Of a DNA stretch of 64,000 nt, positions 24,774-34,108 are shown piece after piece. The DNA lies in IMG/VR virus record IMGVR_UViG_3300017791_000021, positions 32,001-96,000 of that record; one strand, written 5' to 3'. This DNA comes from a virus (taxonomy: Duplodnaviria > Caudoviricetes). The notes beneath the pieces were generated by a model. That model did not search any database, was not told the DNA's origin, and worked only from the letters and a program-made list of their open reading frames with translations. Position 1 is the first letter of the stretch. Each line of letters starts with the position of its first letter. The translations under genes were made by a program, and so were the position numbers.

Positions 24774-26333
24774 TTATTCTCCAAAGTAGTCCTTCAAGAA
24801 CTGTGTTAGGTTTCTTGCTTCATTAGTTACTTTACCATCCGGGTCTGACATTCCAGTTAACACACCCCGGCTTACACGAGCCTTGTAATCTAGTCTCGAT
24901 TTCTGATACTCCTCAATGGAATCCCTGACAATAAGGTTGTCAATAAATACATTTCGGAATGTGGAAGAAGCTCTTACGTGTCTTCCATTTCTCTGCTTGA
25001 ATGTCCCCGAACTCATAGGCATATCGTAGTTAATCAAATGAGATGCCATGTACAAGTCCACACCATAGCCACCGGCATCAGAGGACAGGAAGACTCTAGC
25101 ATCCTCAGAGAACTTTCGGATGGCATCGGCTCTCTGAGTACCGTTCAAACCACCATGAAACAGCACAGGATTGTACTTGTCAAGCCCTTCTGCCAGGAGT
25201 GGGAGCACTCCACGGAACCTAGCGAAGACGATGATCTTGTGTTCCGGATTCTCTTCCAGATACTCCGTAGCCAGATCTAGGCACGCCTCTAGCTTAGCCC
25301 CATGAGAGCCCTCAGGTGGCAGTCTCCCAGCCTCTAAGAGCGTGTGTGCGTACTTGGACCCACTAGGGTCTGAGGGGTCCGCATACGCCCGTGCAGAGCC
25401 TTCTAATAGTGTCGGGTCATCCAAGAGGAGATGTAACGCGAGAAGCCTTCCGGTGATAGCTCCCATGCTGGAATTGTCCTCACTCTTTTCCCCTGCATAG
25501 TATCGCGCAAGGTCTTTACTGACTGAGGGACCAGCACCATAGAGTTCTCGTAGGAGTTCTCTGGCGATTTGGTTATAGAGTCTTCTGGTTTCATCGTCCA
25601 TTTCCACATAGGCGTTGTACTCTTCTACGGTTGGCATGAATGACGCTACGTCAGGATCGTCTCTCCTCTTTGAGATACAAGCTGTCATAAGTCGTGCATT
25701 TAGTTCAGGCATATTCTTATAGCCTGTGATGATATTGAATGAATTACGGATGATGTAATTCTCTTCAAAGAATTGCCAATTACCTAGAACGGAATCGTCA
25801 ATCCATTGCATGATAGAGAATAGTTCTTCTGCCTTTCCATTCTCTACAGGTTCAGCAGTTAATCCAATTCGGTACTTCGGCTTTAGCTTTTTAATTGCTT
25901 TTGTCTGCTGAGTTCCGAAGTTCTTTATCGACGTTACTTCGTCTACTAGCACCAGCTCTGGATTTAGTTGCTTTACGAACTCTAGGTCTTTCACTACTTG
26001 GCGGATTCCCATTATCAGATACGCCGGTCTCTGTTGGAGACATGCAGTGTAAACAGCCTTCCTCTTGGCAGGGGACAATGATCCATCCACCACTTGGATT
26101 GACTGTTCGTCTGTGAACTGCTCTATCCTCTCCTTCCATTGCACTGTCAAACTGCTGCTCATAATCAGAAGGGAACATTTAACATCACCTTTATCTCTTA
26201 GTTCTTCTATCGCGGCTATGGATACTACGGTCTTCCCTGTACCCAAATCCAACGCCAATAGGGCCTTACCCCTTTCTAGGATAAGGCCCTTGGCTTGTTC
26301 TTGGTACTCGCGTAATTCGCCCTTAAAAGTCAT
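24774..26333 (-). CDS. SNF2-family helicase
   Basis: LREYQ, DLGTGKT, VDEVTSIKN, LTAEPVEN, SDAGGYGVDL, QRNGRHVR. Confidence 0.9.
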   Translation of the reverse strand: MTFKGELREYQEQAKGLILERGKALLALDLGTGKTVVSIAAIEELRDKGDVKCSLLIMSSSLTVQWKERIEQFTDEQSIQVVDGSLSPAKRKAVYTACLQQRPAYLIMGIRQVVKDLEFVKQLNPELVLVDEVTSIKNFGTQQTKAIKKLKPKYRIGLTAEPVENGKAEELFSIMQWIDDSVLGNWQFFEENYIIRNSFNIITGYKNMPELNARLMTACISKRRDDPDVASFMPTVEEYNAYVEMDDETRRLYNQIARELLRELYGAGPSVSKDLARYYAGEKSEDNSSMGAITGRLLALHLLLDDPTLLEGSARAYADPSDPSGSKYAHTLLEAGRLPPEGSHGAKLEACLDLATEYLEENPEHKIIVFARFRGVLPLLAEGLDKYNPVLFHGGLNGTQRADAIRKFSEDARVFLSSDAGGYGVDLYMASHLINYDMPMSSGTFKQRNGRHVRASSTFRNVFIDNLIVRDSIEEYQKSRLDYKARVSRGVLTGMSDPDGKVTNEARNLTQFLKDYFGE

Positions 26334-27331
26334 GGGCGATAGTTTAGCAGGCTTTTCGCTCTGAGTATAGCCTTCTGGATATCCTTATCGGTTACTCCTT
26401 CAGTACCCAGATCCTTTGCCCACGGAATATGCGAGTAGTCTGCGAACTTGATTCGCTTTCCACTCTTGAGGTATCGCTGTCTCAGTTCCCACATCTTCGC
26501 TAGGCCAACTTCATCGTTGTCCAGTGCGAAGATTACAATCTCTGCTCTATCGAATAGGAGATCAAGCTGTCGCTCAGTTACTCCTACACCAAAAGAAGAG
26601 ACGCCACCACCAATACCAGCAGTGTGTAGACGGAGACAATCGAGAGGACTTTCCAGTAGTACTGCCGTTGAGCCATTTAGTGTCTCGATTCCGAATAGAG
26701 TGTCACCCTTGGGAACTCGCGCTGGCTTATTACAGAACCAGCCTGCACCCTTTTCCTGGTATCCCCATAGTGCCCCAGTATCAGGGTCACGTATGGGGAG
26801 AATCCAGTTGTCTCGTTCAGAGTCCCAGAGGACACCGTAGTGGGTTACCGCTCCCGAAGATACTCTTCGTCCGTCCAGTGCCGAGTGCGGTGGAGCATTG
26901 AAGAGCGCCAGTCGTGCTTCATTCCACGCTGGTACCCCCGCGTCTCGTTCGAGATCAGAAGTCCGCCCTTTGGAATCAGCCAGAATTCGTCGTAGTCGCT
27001 GGACTCCACCACGATTACGGACCCATTGTTCTGCATCAGATCGATCATATCCCTTAACCTCCTGGACTAGGTAAACGAATGAACCACTGAAACCACACGC
27101 GAAACAGGAATGCTGACCTGTCTCGATATTAACTGACCACTTGTTAGGGCGGGTGTTGTGCTTACCCACCCTTTCAAAGTGTCCTGGACAAATAGCCCAA
27201 GCTTCTTCATGGATGATTCTTACAACGTCAATTCCAAGCTCTTCCAGACAGGCTAGAACATCGCCTGGAGTAGGTGTTCCTCGGTTATTCCAACCGTTAG
27301 AAACCCCCTGAGAACGCTGAGGTGTCTTCAT
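26330..27331 (-). CDS. dnaG: DNA primase (Zn-binding + TOPRIM)
   Basis: CPGH...HSCFACG, LLESPLDC, ALDNDEVG. Confidence 0.88.
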   Translation of the reverse strand: MKTPQRSQGVSNGWNNRGTPTPGDVLACLEELGIDVVRIIHEEAWAICPGHFERVGKHNTRPNKWSVNIETGQHSCFACGFSGSFVYLVQEVKGYDRSDAEQWVRNRGGVQRLRRILADSKGRTSDLERDAGVPAWNEARLALFNAPPHSALDGRRVSSGAVTHYGVLWDSERDNWILPIRDPDTGALWGYQEKGAGWFCNKPARVPKGDTLFGIETLNGSTAVLLESPLDCLRLHTAGIGGGVSSFGVGVTERQLDLLFDRAEIVIFALDNDEVGLAKMWELRQRYLKSGKRIKFADYSHIPWAKDLGTEGVTDKDIQKAILRAKSLLNYRP

Positions 27332-28586
27332 CCATTAGCTCCCGATCAATGTCATCGTCCAGATCAAAGCCTTCCAGCTCTGTGAACTCTCCTGTGTCGT
27401 AGTCAAACAGTAGCACGATCTCACATGGTGCACAAGAACGGGAGAGAAGGATCTTCATCTTCCGCATCTTCGTGTCCTCTGTACGCTCAATACCAATAAC
27501 CGTGTTGCTGTACTGGACGAACGCACGAGAGCCCATGATGGAGTCGTTGTTCAGCGTCTCTCCCTTGGTACGAGCGGGAGTGGACTGCGTTACCGCGACA
27601 ATGCAGATACTACGTCGCATCGCCAGAAACTTCAAGCCCGAGACGATGTTGGCAAGCGCAAGAGGAGTTCCCTTGTTCTCGCCCCGCTCATCCTCCATCA
27701 TATATACACCATCTACGATCACGATGTCAGGCTTGAAGATGTCGATCTTCGCACCAATAGATGTAACGGTCATGCAATCTTCCGAGATCAGCATAGGCGG
27801 AAGCTCTTCGGTCTTTCGGATACCTTCCTGAAGAGCTGTCCACTGAGCGTGATCAATCTGACCACTGTTCAGAAGGTTGTCGTTGAAACCAGCACGATAA
27901 GCATCAAGCCTACGTGTCTGTTCGTCAACCGTCTGCTCGTACGTCAGATACATTACACGATATCCGTCTTCCTGAATATTCATGGCAATCTTCATCGCCA
28001 AGGAAGACTTGGACGCCTTAGCCAGACCTGTGATAGTCACAAGCTGACCAGGCTGAAGGCCCTGTGTGGCCTTGTCGATCGTTGGGAAGCCTGTGGCGGC
28101 ACCAACTAGCGTCCCAGGGTTGTTCTTGCGTTCTAGGTACCGCTCAAGCCTCTCAGTACCCGTTGTGGTGACATCCTCATCCCTAGGGTTGGGGATAGCA
28201 GTGTGCGCCTTGGAGACAGTAACACCCAGGATGTTGACAGCGGCGTCGATGTCTCCCGCGTCATAGGCATCGTTGAACATATCAAGGTTCTCAGCGAGAA
28301 CTCCGGAAATGTACTGACGCTCTACACGCTTCTTAATATCCTCCCACGGTTCAGCAACCTCAATGAGCTTGAGAGGCTTCTTTTCTGTGGGAGTTTTGAA
28401 GTCCATCATAAACACACGCTGAGTAGGTACGGAACCAATTTCAGCATAGTAATTCCTGATGAACTCAAACGCTGCTCTGTAATCAGGATCGTTCAAGAAA
28501 TACGGAGGAACATCAGCGACTTCCGTCATGTCCTGATCTTGAATGATCTTAGAAATGAACATCTTCTCGACATTGAATGTCGCCAA
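27297..28586 (-). CDS. dnaB: replicative helicase, DnaB family
   Basis: TGFPTIDKATQGLQPGQL, variant Walker A GLAKASKS, IVDGVYMM, VTQ. Confidence 0.88.
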   Translation of the reverse strand: MATFNVEKMFISKIIQDQDMTEVADVPPYFLNDPDYRAAFEFIRNYYAEIGSVPTQRVFMMDFKTPTEKKPLKLIEVAEPWEDIKKRVERQYISGVLAENLDMFNDAYDAGDIDAAVNILGVTVSKAHTAIPNPRDEDVTTTGTERLERYLERKNNPGTLVGAATGFPTIDKATQGLQPGQLVTITGLAKASKSSLAMKIAMNIQEDGYRVMYLTYEQTVDEQTRRLDAYRAGFNDNLLNSGQIDHAQWTALQEGIRKTEELPPMLISEDCMTVTSIGAKIDIFKPDIVIVDGVYMMEDERGENKGTPLALANIVSGLKFLAMRRSICIVAVTQSTPARTKGETLNNDSIMGSRAFVQYSNTVIGIERTEDTKMRKMKILLSRSCAPCEIVLLFDYDTGEFTELEGFDLDDDIDRELMDEDTSAFSGGF

Positions 28587-28597
28587 AATACATCCTC

Positions 28598-29053
28598 CTA
28601 AGCCAGAAGTTGAATCAAGTTGATCTGCTCAGGCGTACAGTAACGGCTCTTGCTTCCCCAAGTCAAGGTGCGCTTAGGGTCAGGGTCCAGTACGCCAATG
28701 ATGGCAGGATCGTATGTCAGATCAGCTAGTAGCGTCTCTGTATCGTAGTAGTGTACGTCACCGAACAATAGATTTCTACCGTCCAGTTTATCTCTGATTG
28801 CTGAAACAAAACCGGGATCTATAAAGGTGATCACGTCTACTCTGAAACGCTGTCGCCAATACAGATCCCGGATTCCTTGCGAAGTCTTGATATTCAATTG
28901 GTAATGGTCTGCAACCTGTTCCCACTTTTTCCTTTTCCGCGCCAACAGCTCTGCGGTTCGGTCCTTGGGTGATGTCGGTGGCAGACCAATTAATCCTTCG
29001 AATACGATATAGACTCTGGGGAGAGTTTCAGAACTTAACTCACCCTTCCTCAC
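28598..29053 (-). CDS. hypothetical protein
   Basis: 151 aa, tightly packed. Confidence 0.7.
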   Translation of the reverse strand: MRKGELSSETLPRVYIVFEGLIGLPPTSPKDRTAELLARKRKKWEQVADHYQLNIKTSQGIRDLYWRQRFRVDVITFIDPGFVSAIRDKLDGRNLLFGDVHYYDTETLLADLTYDPAIIGVLDPDPKRTLTWGSKSRYCTPEQINLIQLLA

Positions 29054-29208
29054 TCAACATCGCCTCAATCTGCGCATGAATACGATCCGAATAGAACTGA
29101 ATCCATCGGTCGTCCATCTCTTCCAGTGTCAGTGGGTCGGAAGCTACACTCTCATCCTCAGGTACCCAGTCGTCAGGGTCCTCTCCACCGTACAGCACGT
29201 TAGACATT
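29040..29208 (-). CDS. small acidic protein (likely start MSNVLYGG, coordinate approximate)
   Basis: GAGGAG SD ahead of an internal Met of the 81-aa ORF. Confidence 0.55.
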
Positions 29209-29538
29209 TTGTGTCTCCTCGTAAGTTCCATTGCAGCAACCATCACAGCCATGGACTCCCATGCCGTGACTACCTTGTCGTGCATAAAAGGCTACACTAT
29301 CCGGATCACTGTGTCCAATACCATGATCGCAAAAGCGCTCAGCGAACCCATGGGGTTTACCACTGAACGGACTTCCTACACGAAGTATCAGCTTAGCATC
29401 TTTCATCGGGTGATCAGAAGGGTTGTGGATGGTGCAATGCGTTCCCTCACAAAGAGAAGCCTTATGCACCTTCCACACCGTTCCGGAGTCATCTGTGAGA
29501 CGATCGTAGGACCAGCGCTTATTCTGTTGTAGCTTCAT
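29200..29538 (-). CDS. His/Cys-rich putative metal-binding protein
   Basis: CEGTHCTIHNPSDH...ERFCDHGIGHSDPD...HGCDGCC. Confidence 0.7.
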   Translation of the reverse strand: MKLQQNKRWSYDRLTDDSGTVWKVHKASLCEGTHCTIHNPSDHPMKDAKLILRVGSPFSGKPHGFAERFCDHGIGHSDPDSVAFYARQGSHGMGVHGCDGCCNGTYEETQNV

Positions 29539-29732
29539 CTAGGATCAATCTCACAATAGATGGCGTTCCCCTTACTCTGATTGATTACTCGGTGGGGATT
29601 CTTAGTGTGCTTTGCGGAAGTCCGGCAGATATTAGATCCACCGGACTTCCGTACCCGATGCACGTCATGCCAATTCCCATTCATCTTGACCTGGAGCATG
29701 TATGTGTCATCTCTGTCATGCGTTACAGCCAT
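29535..29732 (-). CDS. hypothetical protein
   Basis: 65 aa, coupled on both sides. Confidence 0.65.
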   Translation of the reverse strand: MAVTHDRDDTYMLQVKMNGNWHDVHRVRKSGGSNICRTSAKHTKNPHRVINQSKGNAIYCEIDPR

Positions 29733-30631
29733 TAGAAATCTCCGTCTGCCACCTGGAGAACCTTGATCCCCAGCTTACGAATACGTCGGACAACCCTGTT
29801 GCGGTCATCCAGCCACACGTGAACACGGTACTCGTCACGCACGTACTTGTCAAACAGGTGTTGCTTGACATCCGCATCGTTGATTCCCTGCATGTCAGCC
29901 GGACGCATGAACAGGTGATCAAACGTCACACCATGCCCATGCAGCCAATCCGCAGTGTCCTGACGGACGTTGTTGATATCCGGACGACCAGACATAATGA
30001 TGATCTCGTATCCATCATCAGCGTACAGGTTGACCAGATTGATAATCGACTGGAACGGACCATCAGTCAGCACGCGGCTGTAGTCGTACGGAGAGCGCGC
30101 AATGTGCTCAGCAAGGGTTCCGTCCACGTCCACCACGATAGCCGCAGAGGAGCCGTCCTGAGGCACGTACAGAGGCGACAGGACCACATCGTTCATGAAC
30201 TCAGGGGTCAGCCTCCAAGGCTTCTGGAGCTGTCGCGCCATATTCCGGATGACAGTCTCACCAACCGGCTCATCTCGCTGTGAATCGCGCTCAATGCAGG
30301 TCTCTACAGGAACATTGGTGAAGTCAGCAACAAGGAATTCCACATCCCCGTCAAAAAGCTTCTTGATTCGAGTAGGAGATTTCTTGTTCAGGTTGGTGTC
30401 GTGAACAATAACGTCCTTACCTTCCTTGATAGCACGAACGATAATGTCATCCTGAATCTTGGATACCAGATCCTCCTGACCCTTAGTGCCGACAGGAAAG
30501 CATCCAATCATTGCACGAATATCATCACGAGAAACCAGAACGATCTGCTCAGGGTCCTGCATCTGATGAGCAGTTGCCCACGTGCTCTTACCCGATCCCG
30601 GAAGACCAGTGGTCAGGATAATCTTGCGCAT
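29732..30631 (-). CDS. pseT: polynucleotide 5'-kinase / 3'-phosphatase (T4 PseT-like)
   Basis: GLPGSGKST, SRDDIR, DTNL; HAD domain DVDGT, SGR, DDR. Confidence 0.92.
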   Translation of the reverse strand: MRKIILTTGLPGSGKSTWATAHQMQDPEQIVLVSRDDIRAMIGCFPVGTKGQEDLVSKIQDDIIVRAIKEGKDVIVHDTNLNKKSPTRIKKLFDGDVEFLVADFTNVPVETCIERDSQRDEPVGETVIRNMARQLQKPWRLTPEFMNDVVLSPLYVPQDGSSAAIVVDVDGTLAEHIARSPYDYSRVLTDGPFQSIINLVNLYADDGYEIIIMSGRPDINNVRQDTADWLHGHGVTFDHLFMRPADMQGINDADVKQHLFDKYVRDEYRVHVWLDDRNRVVRRIRKLGIKVLQVADGDF

Positions 30632-30768
30632 TATTTCTCCTTAACTTGCTCTCTAGTGGCGTCTAATATTGCTTTGAAATCTTTTCGGTGCCAGACTAAT
30701 CGTTCTAGTATATTCATAGACATACCAGCAGCGATACCAGCTATTAATGCGATTAGAAATTCGTGCAC
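30631..30768 (-). CDS. 45-aa membrane-anchored micro-protein
   Basis: AAGGAG SD, GTG start, MHEFLIALIAGIAAG... Confidence 0.55.
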   Translation of the reverse strand: MHEFLIALIAGIAAGMSMNILERLVWHRKDFKAILDATREQVKEK

Positions 30769-30773
30769 AAGAT

Positions 30774-30834
30774 CTCCTTGTTAGATAAATCCAAAAGGAC
30801 TCTCAGCATACTGAGAATCCCTTTGAATTGACCT
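30774..30834 (-). repeat. structured intergenic repeat A, copy 1
   Basis: AGGTCaaTTCAAAGGG-hairpin-CCTTTTGGAtTTATCTAACAAGGAG. Confidence 0.75.
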
Positions 30835-31463
30835 TACTTAGCGTGCAGCTTCTTCAGAATTGCCGGGTCCATCGGCTGAGCGGGCATCTCAATAGCCTTG
30901 AGACTAAGCGGAGAAGACTCTATCATGACCGTTGCAGCCGTTACACAGGACTGGTGGTAACCACCCTGAGCATCGAACCAGAAGATACCATCACTGCCAC
31001 ATGCGCTACCACCATAGGATAGGTCATCCTGCGGCATCGGAACAGCCTGAGATCCATCATTGTACTGACCGATCTTGTAAATACCATCGGTAGCAGTCAT
31101 CTGCGAATCCATGGAACTGATCTTACCCTTAACCGTAGAGAAGAACACCTCACTGCGACCGCTCGGGAAGATGTAAATGTACTGAGTCTTGCTCTCGTCA
31201 TTCAGGAACAGATCCCGCTCACGCAGCATCTTCAGCTCCAGAGGATTGTGCATCTGAGAAGCAGGGTACTGATTCTCAACGTTCTTCAGCGCCTCGTTGT
31301 ACGCCTTGATCGTCTCCTGCTCATTCTGGTTCTGAATCTGATTGACGCTCTTTACATCCTGGCCAACCTTCGGAGAAGAACCACCATCACCCATACACGC
31401 GGTAGAAGTACCCGCGATGAGAGCGACAGCACCAGCAGCCAGAGCGATACGCTTGCCATTCAT
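30834..31463 (-). CDS. lipoprotein
   Basis: signal peptide ending STAC; GGAGG SD. Confidence 0.8.
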   Translation of the reverse strand: MNGKRIALAAGAVALIAGTSTACMGDGGSSPKVGQDVKSVNQIQNQNEQETIKAYNEALKNVENQYPASQMHNPLELKMLRERDLFLNDESKTQYIYIFPSGRSEVFFSTVKGKISSMDSQMTATDGIYKIGQYNDGSQAVPMPQDDLSYGGSACGSDGIFWFDAQGGYHQSCVTAATVMIESSPLSLKAIEMPAQPMDPAILKKLHAK

Positions 31464-31485
31464 TTATTTGCCTCCTGTTTGGAAT

Positions 31486-31887
31486 TTAGTTGCAGGTGTC
31501 GGTGTCGAACTGTGTAGGAAGCGTATCAGGCTTCCAGTCCTTCATCAAGGGCTGAGTCTGGAGACCGTTGTAGGTCTGGACATCCTCATTACAGGCAGTC
31601 TGAGCGGTCAGGATGAATCCCTGAGGGTCTGAATCCTTGTAGGTGCTCCGAACGGTGGCAAGGTTCGCCACGTCGCGCTGTACGTCCTTGTAGGCAGCCT
31701 GCCAAGTACCCGCAGCAGCCACACGGTTAGAGACTTCCTGGTTCTGCTTGTGCTCTTGACCGTTGTTGTAGGTACCGCTGAAGATCACACCACCAGCCCA
31801 AAGGCCAACAGGCAGACCCACAAGCAGCAGAGCCCCACCGGTAATAGCAGCAGCAACAGCGAGCTTGCTTGGATCATTCTTTGACAC
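31486..31887 (-). CDS. single-pass membrane protein
   Basis: N-terminal TM helix, AAGGAGG SD. Confidence 0.8.
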   Translation of the reverse strand: MSKNDPSKLAVAAAITGGALLLVGLPVGLWAGGVIFSGTYNNGQEHKQNQEVSNRVAAAGTWQAAYKDVQRDVANLATVRSTYKDSDPQGFILTAQTACNEDVQTYNGLQTQPLMKDWKPDTLPTQFDTDTCN

Positions 31888-31895
31888 TAGTTTTC

Positions 31896-31957
31896 CTCCT
31901 TGTTAGATAATTCCAAGGGGTGCCGCATACGAGATGCGGAACCCTTTGAAACGACCT
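31896..31957 (-). repeat. structured intergenic repeat A, copy 2
   Basis: AGGTCgtTTCAAAGGG-hairpin-CCCCTTGGAaTTATCTAACAAGGAG. Confidence 0.75.
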
Positions 31958-32234
31958 ACAGATCAAGAGCGGCACGAACAGAATTCACCGCATCATCATA
32001 GCCCTCTTCATAACCAGCCTCTCGGCCATTGTCATAACCAGAGTCATAGCCTCGGTCGTAGTGGACGTTCTCTTCGTCCTCCTGACCCTCAGCGTACGCC
32101 TCATTGAAGAAGCGGTCAAGGAAGTCACTCAGCGCCTCCTCAAGGTTACGAGCGTCATACGGATTATCAGGGATCGTAACCCCGTGATCCGTAAGCGCAC
32201 CGACAATCTCAACTACTCCCTTGTAAGCATCCAT
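31956..32234 (-). CDS. protein with GxxxG (GYDxG) repeats, FliH/Yae1-like
   Basis: YDRGYDSGYDNGREAGYEEGYDD. Confidence 0.7.
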   Translation of the reverse strand: MDAYKGVVEIVGALTDHGVTIPDNPYDARNLEEALSDFLDRFFNEAYAEGQEDEENVHYDRGYDSGYDNGREAGYEEGYDDAVNSVRAALDL

Positions 32235-32235
32235 C

Positions 32236-32472
32236 TTAGAACTCCTTCTCCTCGCTGTACTTGCTCTCGGCCTTGTTCAGCATATCCGCTACTGTCTCTT
32301 CAAGCAACTCGAACTCTGCGAAGCAGTCAACCATCTCGGCCCATGCTTCCTTCAGAGCCTCAGGCACATCGTAGTCCTCAATGTCTCGAAGACCGTACTC
32401 CAGTACCGAGACGATTCCACCCTCCCAATCGATCTTGGAGAGCAGGTCAAAGATGTTGTACGATTCCCTCAT
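32236..32472 (-). CDS. hypothetical protein
   Basis: 78 aa, GAGG SD. Confidence 0.7.
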   Translation of the reverse strand: MRESYNIFDLLSKIDWEGGIVSVLEYGLRDIEDYDVPEALKEAWAEMVDCFAEFELLEETVADMLNKAESKYSEEKEF

Positions 32473-33150
32473 TTAATCCTCAGTCTTTCGTGTGTCAGGA
32501 CCCACAATAACCAGTGGATCAAAAGCATCGTAACGGAAGCTGTCGAAAGACTCTCCATAGGTCTCTGAGATACGGGACAGACTTACGTTCGTAGTAACAA
32601 TGGTCGGTCGTGCTGCCTCATACCTTACACGAAGCAGCTCATGCAGGGAAGACTCAGTGAAGCCAGAGGATGTGCGGTGCTCCTGTCCAATATCGTCAAG
32701 GACAACAAGCGACGACAGCTCAACCAGCTTCAGAATCTTGCGAGCCTTCACCTTCTCTTCAGTATCTTCCTTGACGAAGGTGTCTGTCAATGCCTTCTTC
32801 CAATCGGAGAACCGAATGTAGAAGACACGGTATGACGGACTACGATACTGAATTTCGGTCAGAATAGCATTAGCCAGAGTAGACTTCCTAGTCCCATTAC
32901 GACCAGCCAGGAGAAGACCACGGCCAATATTAGAACGATCAGCCGGAAATATACCGGCAGCGGCTCGTTTGGAGGATACATACCTCTCCTCAAAATTGTC
33001 AACGAATTCGGCCGCCGCACGCTTGGCAACTACGCCAGACTGGTGCGGATGATTGTACTCTTCCAGGCGAGTGCCACGGAACTTGATGGGAATGTTAGCC
33101 TGCTCCCAACGCTGGGCATAAAACTCATCAGAGAGCTTAGGTGTCACCAT
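32473..33150 (-). CDS. dnaC: DnaC/IstB-like AAA+ helicase loader
   Basis: ANIP, LLLAGRNGTRKS (variant Walker A), VVLDDIGQE, R.R...PTIVTTN. Confidence 0.85.
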   Translation of the reverse strand: MVTPKLSDEFYAQRWEQANIPIKFRGTRLEEYNHPHQSGVVAKRAAAEFVDNFEERYVSSKRAAAGIFPADRSNIGRGLLLAGRNGTRKSTLANAILTEIQYRSPSYRVFYIRFSDWKKALTDTFVKEDTEEKVKARKILKLVELSSLVVLDDIGQEHRTSSGFTESSLHELLRVRYEAARPTIVTTNVSLSRISETYGESFDSFRYDAFDPLVIVGPDTRKTED

Positions 33151-33523
33151 GCTTCTGTTCCCACTCCTCTTCAATAAGGTCCCATTCGCTCTTAGCAGCG
33201 ACAGGATTGAGCCTAGCAGATATCTGCTCAGCCTGATTCAGGAAGTCTGTCCATCCAGGGTTCCTACCCCTCAAAGATGCGTCCTCCATGTACAGGTCGA
33301 TCATAGCCTTGACTGTATCAGAGTCCGTGCGAGACTTCCACTTGGCAAACTGACCAGCTAGGGCACGGACATTGACCATGCCAAATCCGGAATGCCATGT
33401 AGCTCCAATGAATTTATCCTGGAAATACTTGGCAAGTTCTACTGAATTAAAAGACGACTTAACGGGGATCTCCTCTTCCTTTGGAGATCCCCACAAGTCG
33501 TCCCAAAGATCTTGGGCTGTCAT
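33137..33523 (-). CDS. hypothetical protein upstream of loader (possible initiator-associated)
   Basis: 128 aa; function from position only. Confidence 0.65.
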   Translation of the reverse strand: MTAQDLWDDLWGSPKEEEIPVKSSFNSVELAKYFQDKFIGATWHSGFGMVNVRALAGQFAKWKSRTDSDTVKAMIDLYMEDASLRGRNPGWTDFLNQAEQISARLNPVAAKSEWDLIEEEWEQKHGDT

Positions 33524-33810
33524 TATTCTCCTGTAAGTGAATTCACATGTCGAACCCTGAGAGAGACATCAGTAGGAGAGTCATCCATGTACAGGTAATA
33601 AGTTCCCTTGCTAATGAATTCCCACTTAAAGGTGCCAGGCTCCTCAGCATCCTCATCACCAGATTGCCACTTGTCATAGAAGGCATCCTTGTAATCCTGA
33701 ATACCACAGAACTCAGCGTACGGCTGAGTGTCATACAACTGATTACCTGCCCATTCAGGCCAGGTCTCCATGATGATTTCAAAGACAAACTCAGACGTCT
33801 CGTTCTGCAT
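33523..33810 (-). CDS. acidic hypothetical protein
   Basis: start MQNETS. Confidence 0.65.
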   Translation of the reverse strand: MQNETSEFVFEIIMETWPEWAGNQLYDTQPYAEFCGIQDYKDAFYDKWQSGDEDAEEPGTFKWEFISKGTYYLYMDDSPTDVSLRVRHVNSLTGE

Positions 33811-34108
33811 TCTGCTTTTCCCTTTCAATCAAGTAGTCAAGATAGTGCCGAGCCTTCTCAAGATCCTCTAGACCATTCTTGGCTCGGTAGCGCATGACGT
33901 ACTTAATCACGTTACCTTCCCAGAAGTCAAGGGCTCCACGGGCAATCACTTCCCAGGGCTGAATACCTAGCGTCTCATAGTGATTGCCTCCCACCTGCTT
34001 AGCCGTAATCTCAGGAGTAAACTCATGGAATCCATGAGGATTACAGCCTGTAGGCTTTCCCATGTGGGCACCCTCAGGACACCCACAAGTACACTTCTTT
34101 TTCTCCAT
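33791..34108 (-). CDS. DUF3310-family protein
   Basis: QVGGNHY..IQPWEVI..FWEGNVIKYVMR..KNGLEDLEKARHYL. Confidence 0.85.
   Translation of the reverse strand: MEKKKCTCGCPEGAHMGKPTGCNPHGFHEFTPEITAKQVGGNHYETLGIQPWEVIARGALDFWEGNVIKYVMRYRAKNGLEDLEKARHYLDYLIEREKQNAERDV

Noticed and set aside
26334-26349. Leaderless promoter (TGCTAAACT) for the SNF2 helicase
   Set aside because: It lies in primase coding sequence and the ATGA overlap already explains translation; too weak to call
30774-31957. Integron attC-like reading (GTTAGAT/ATCTAAC core)
   Set aside because: The core is on the wrong side and orientation, has no complementary partner, and no integrase is in the window
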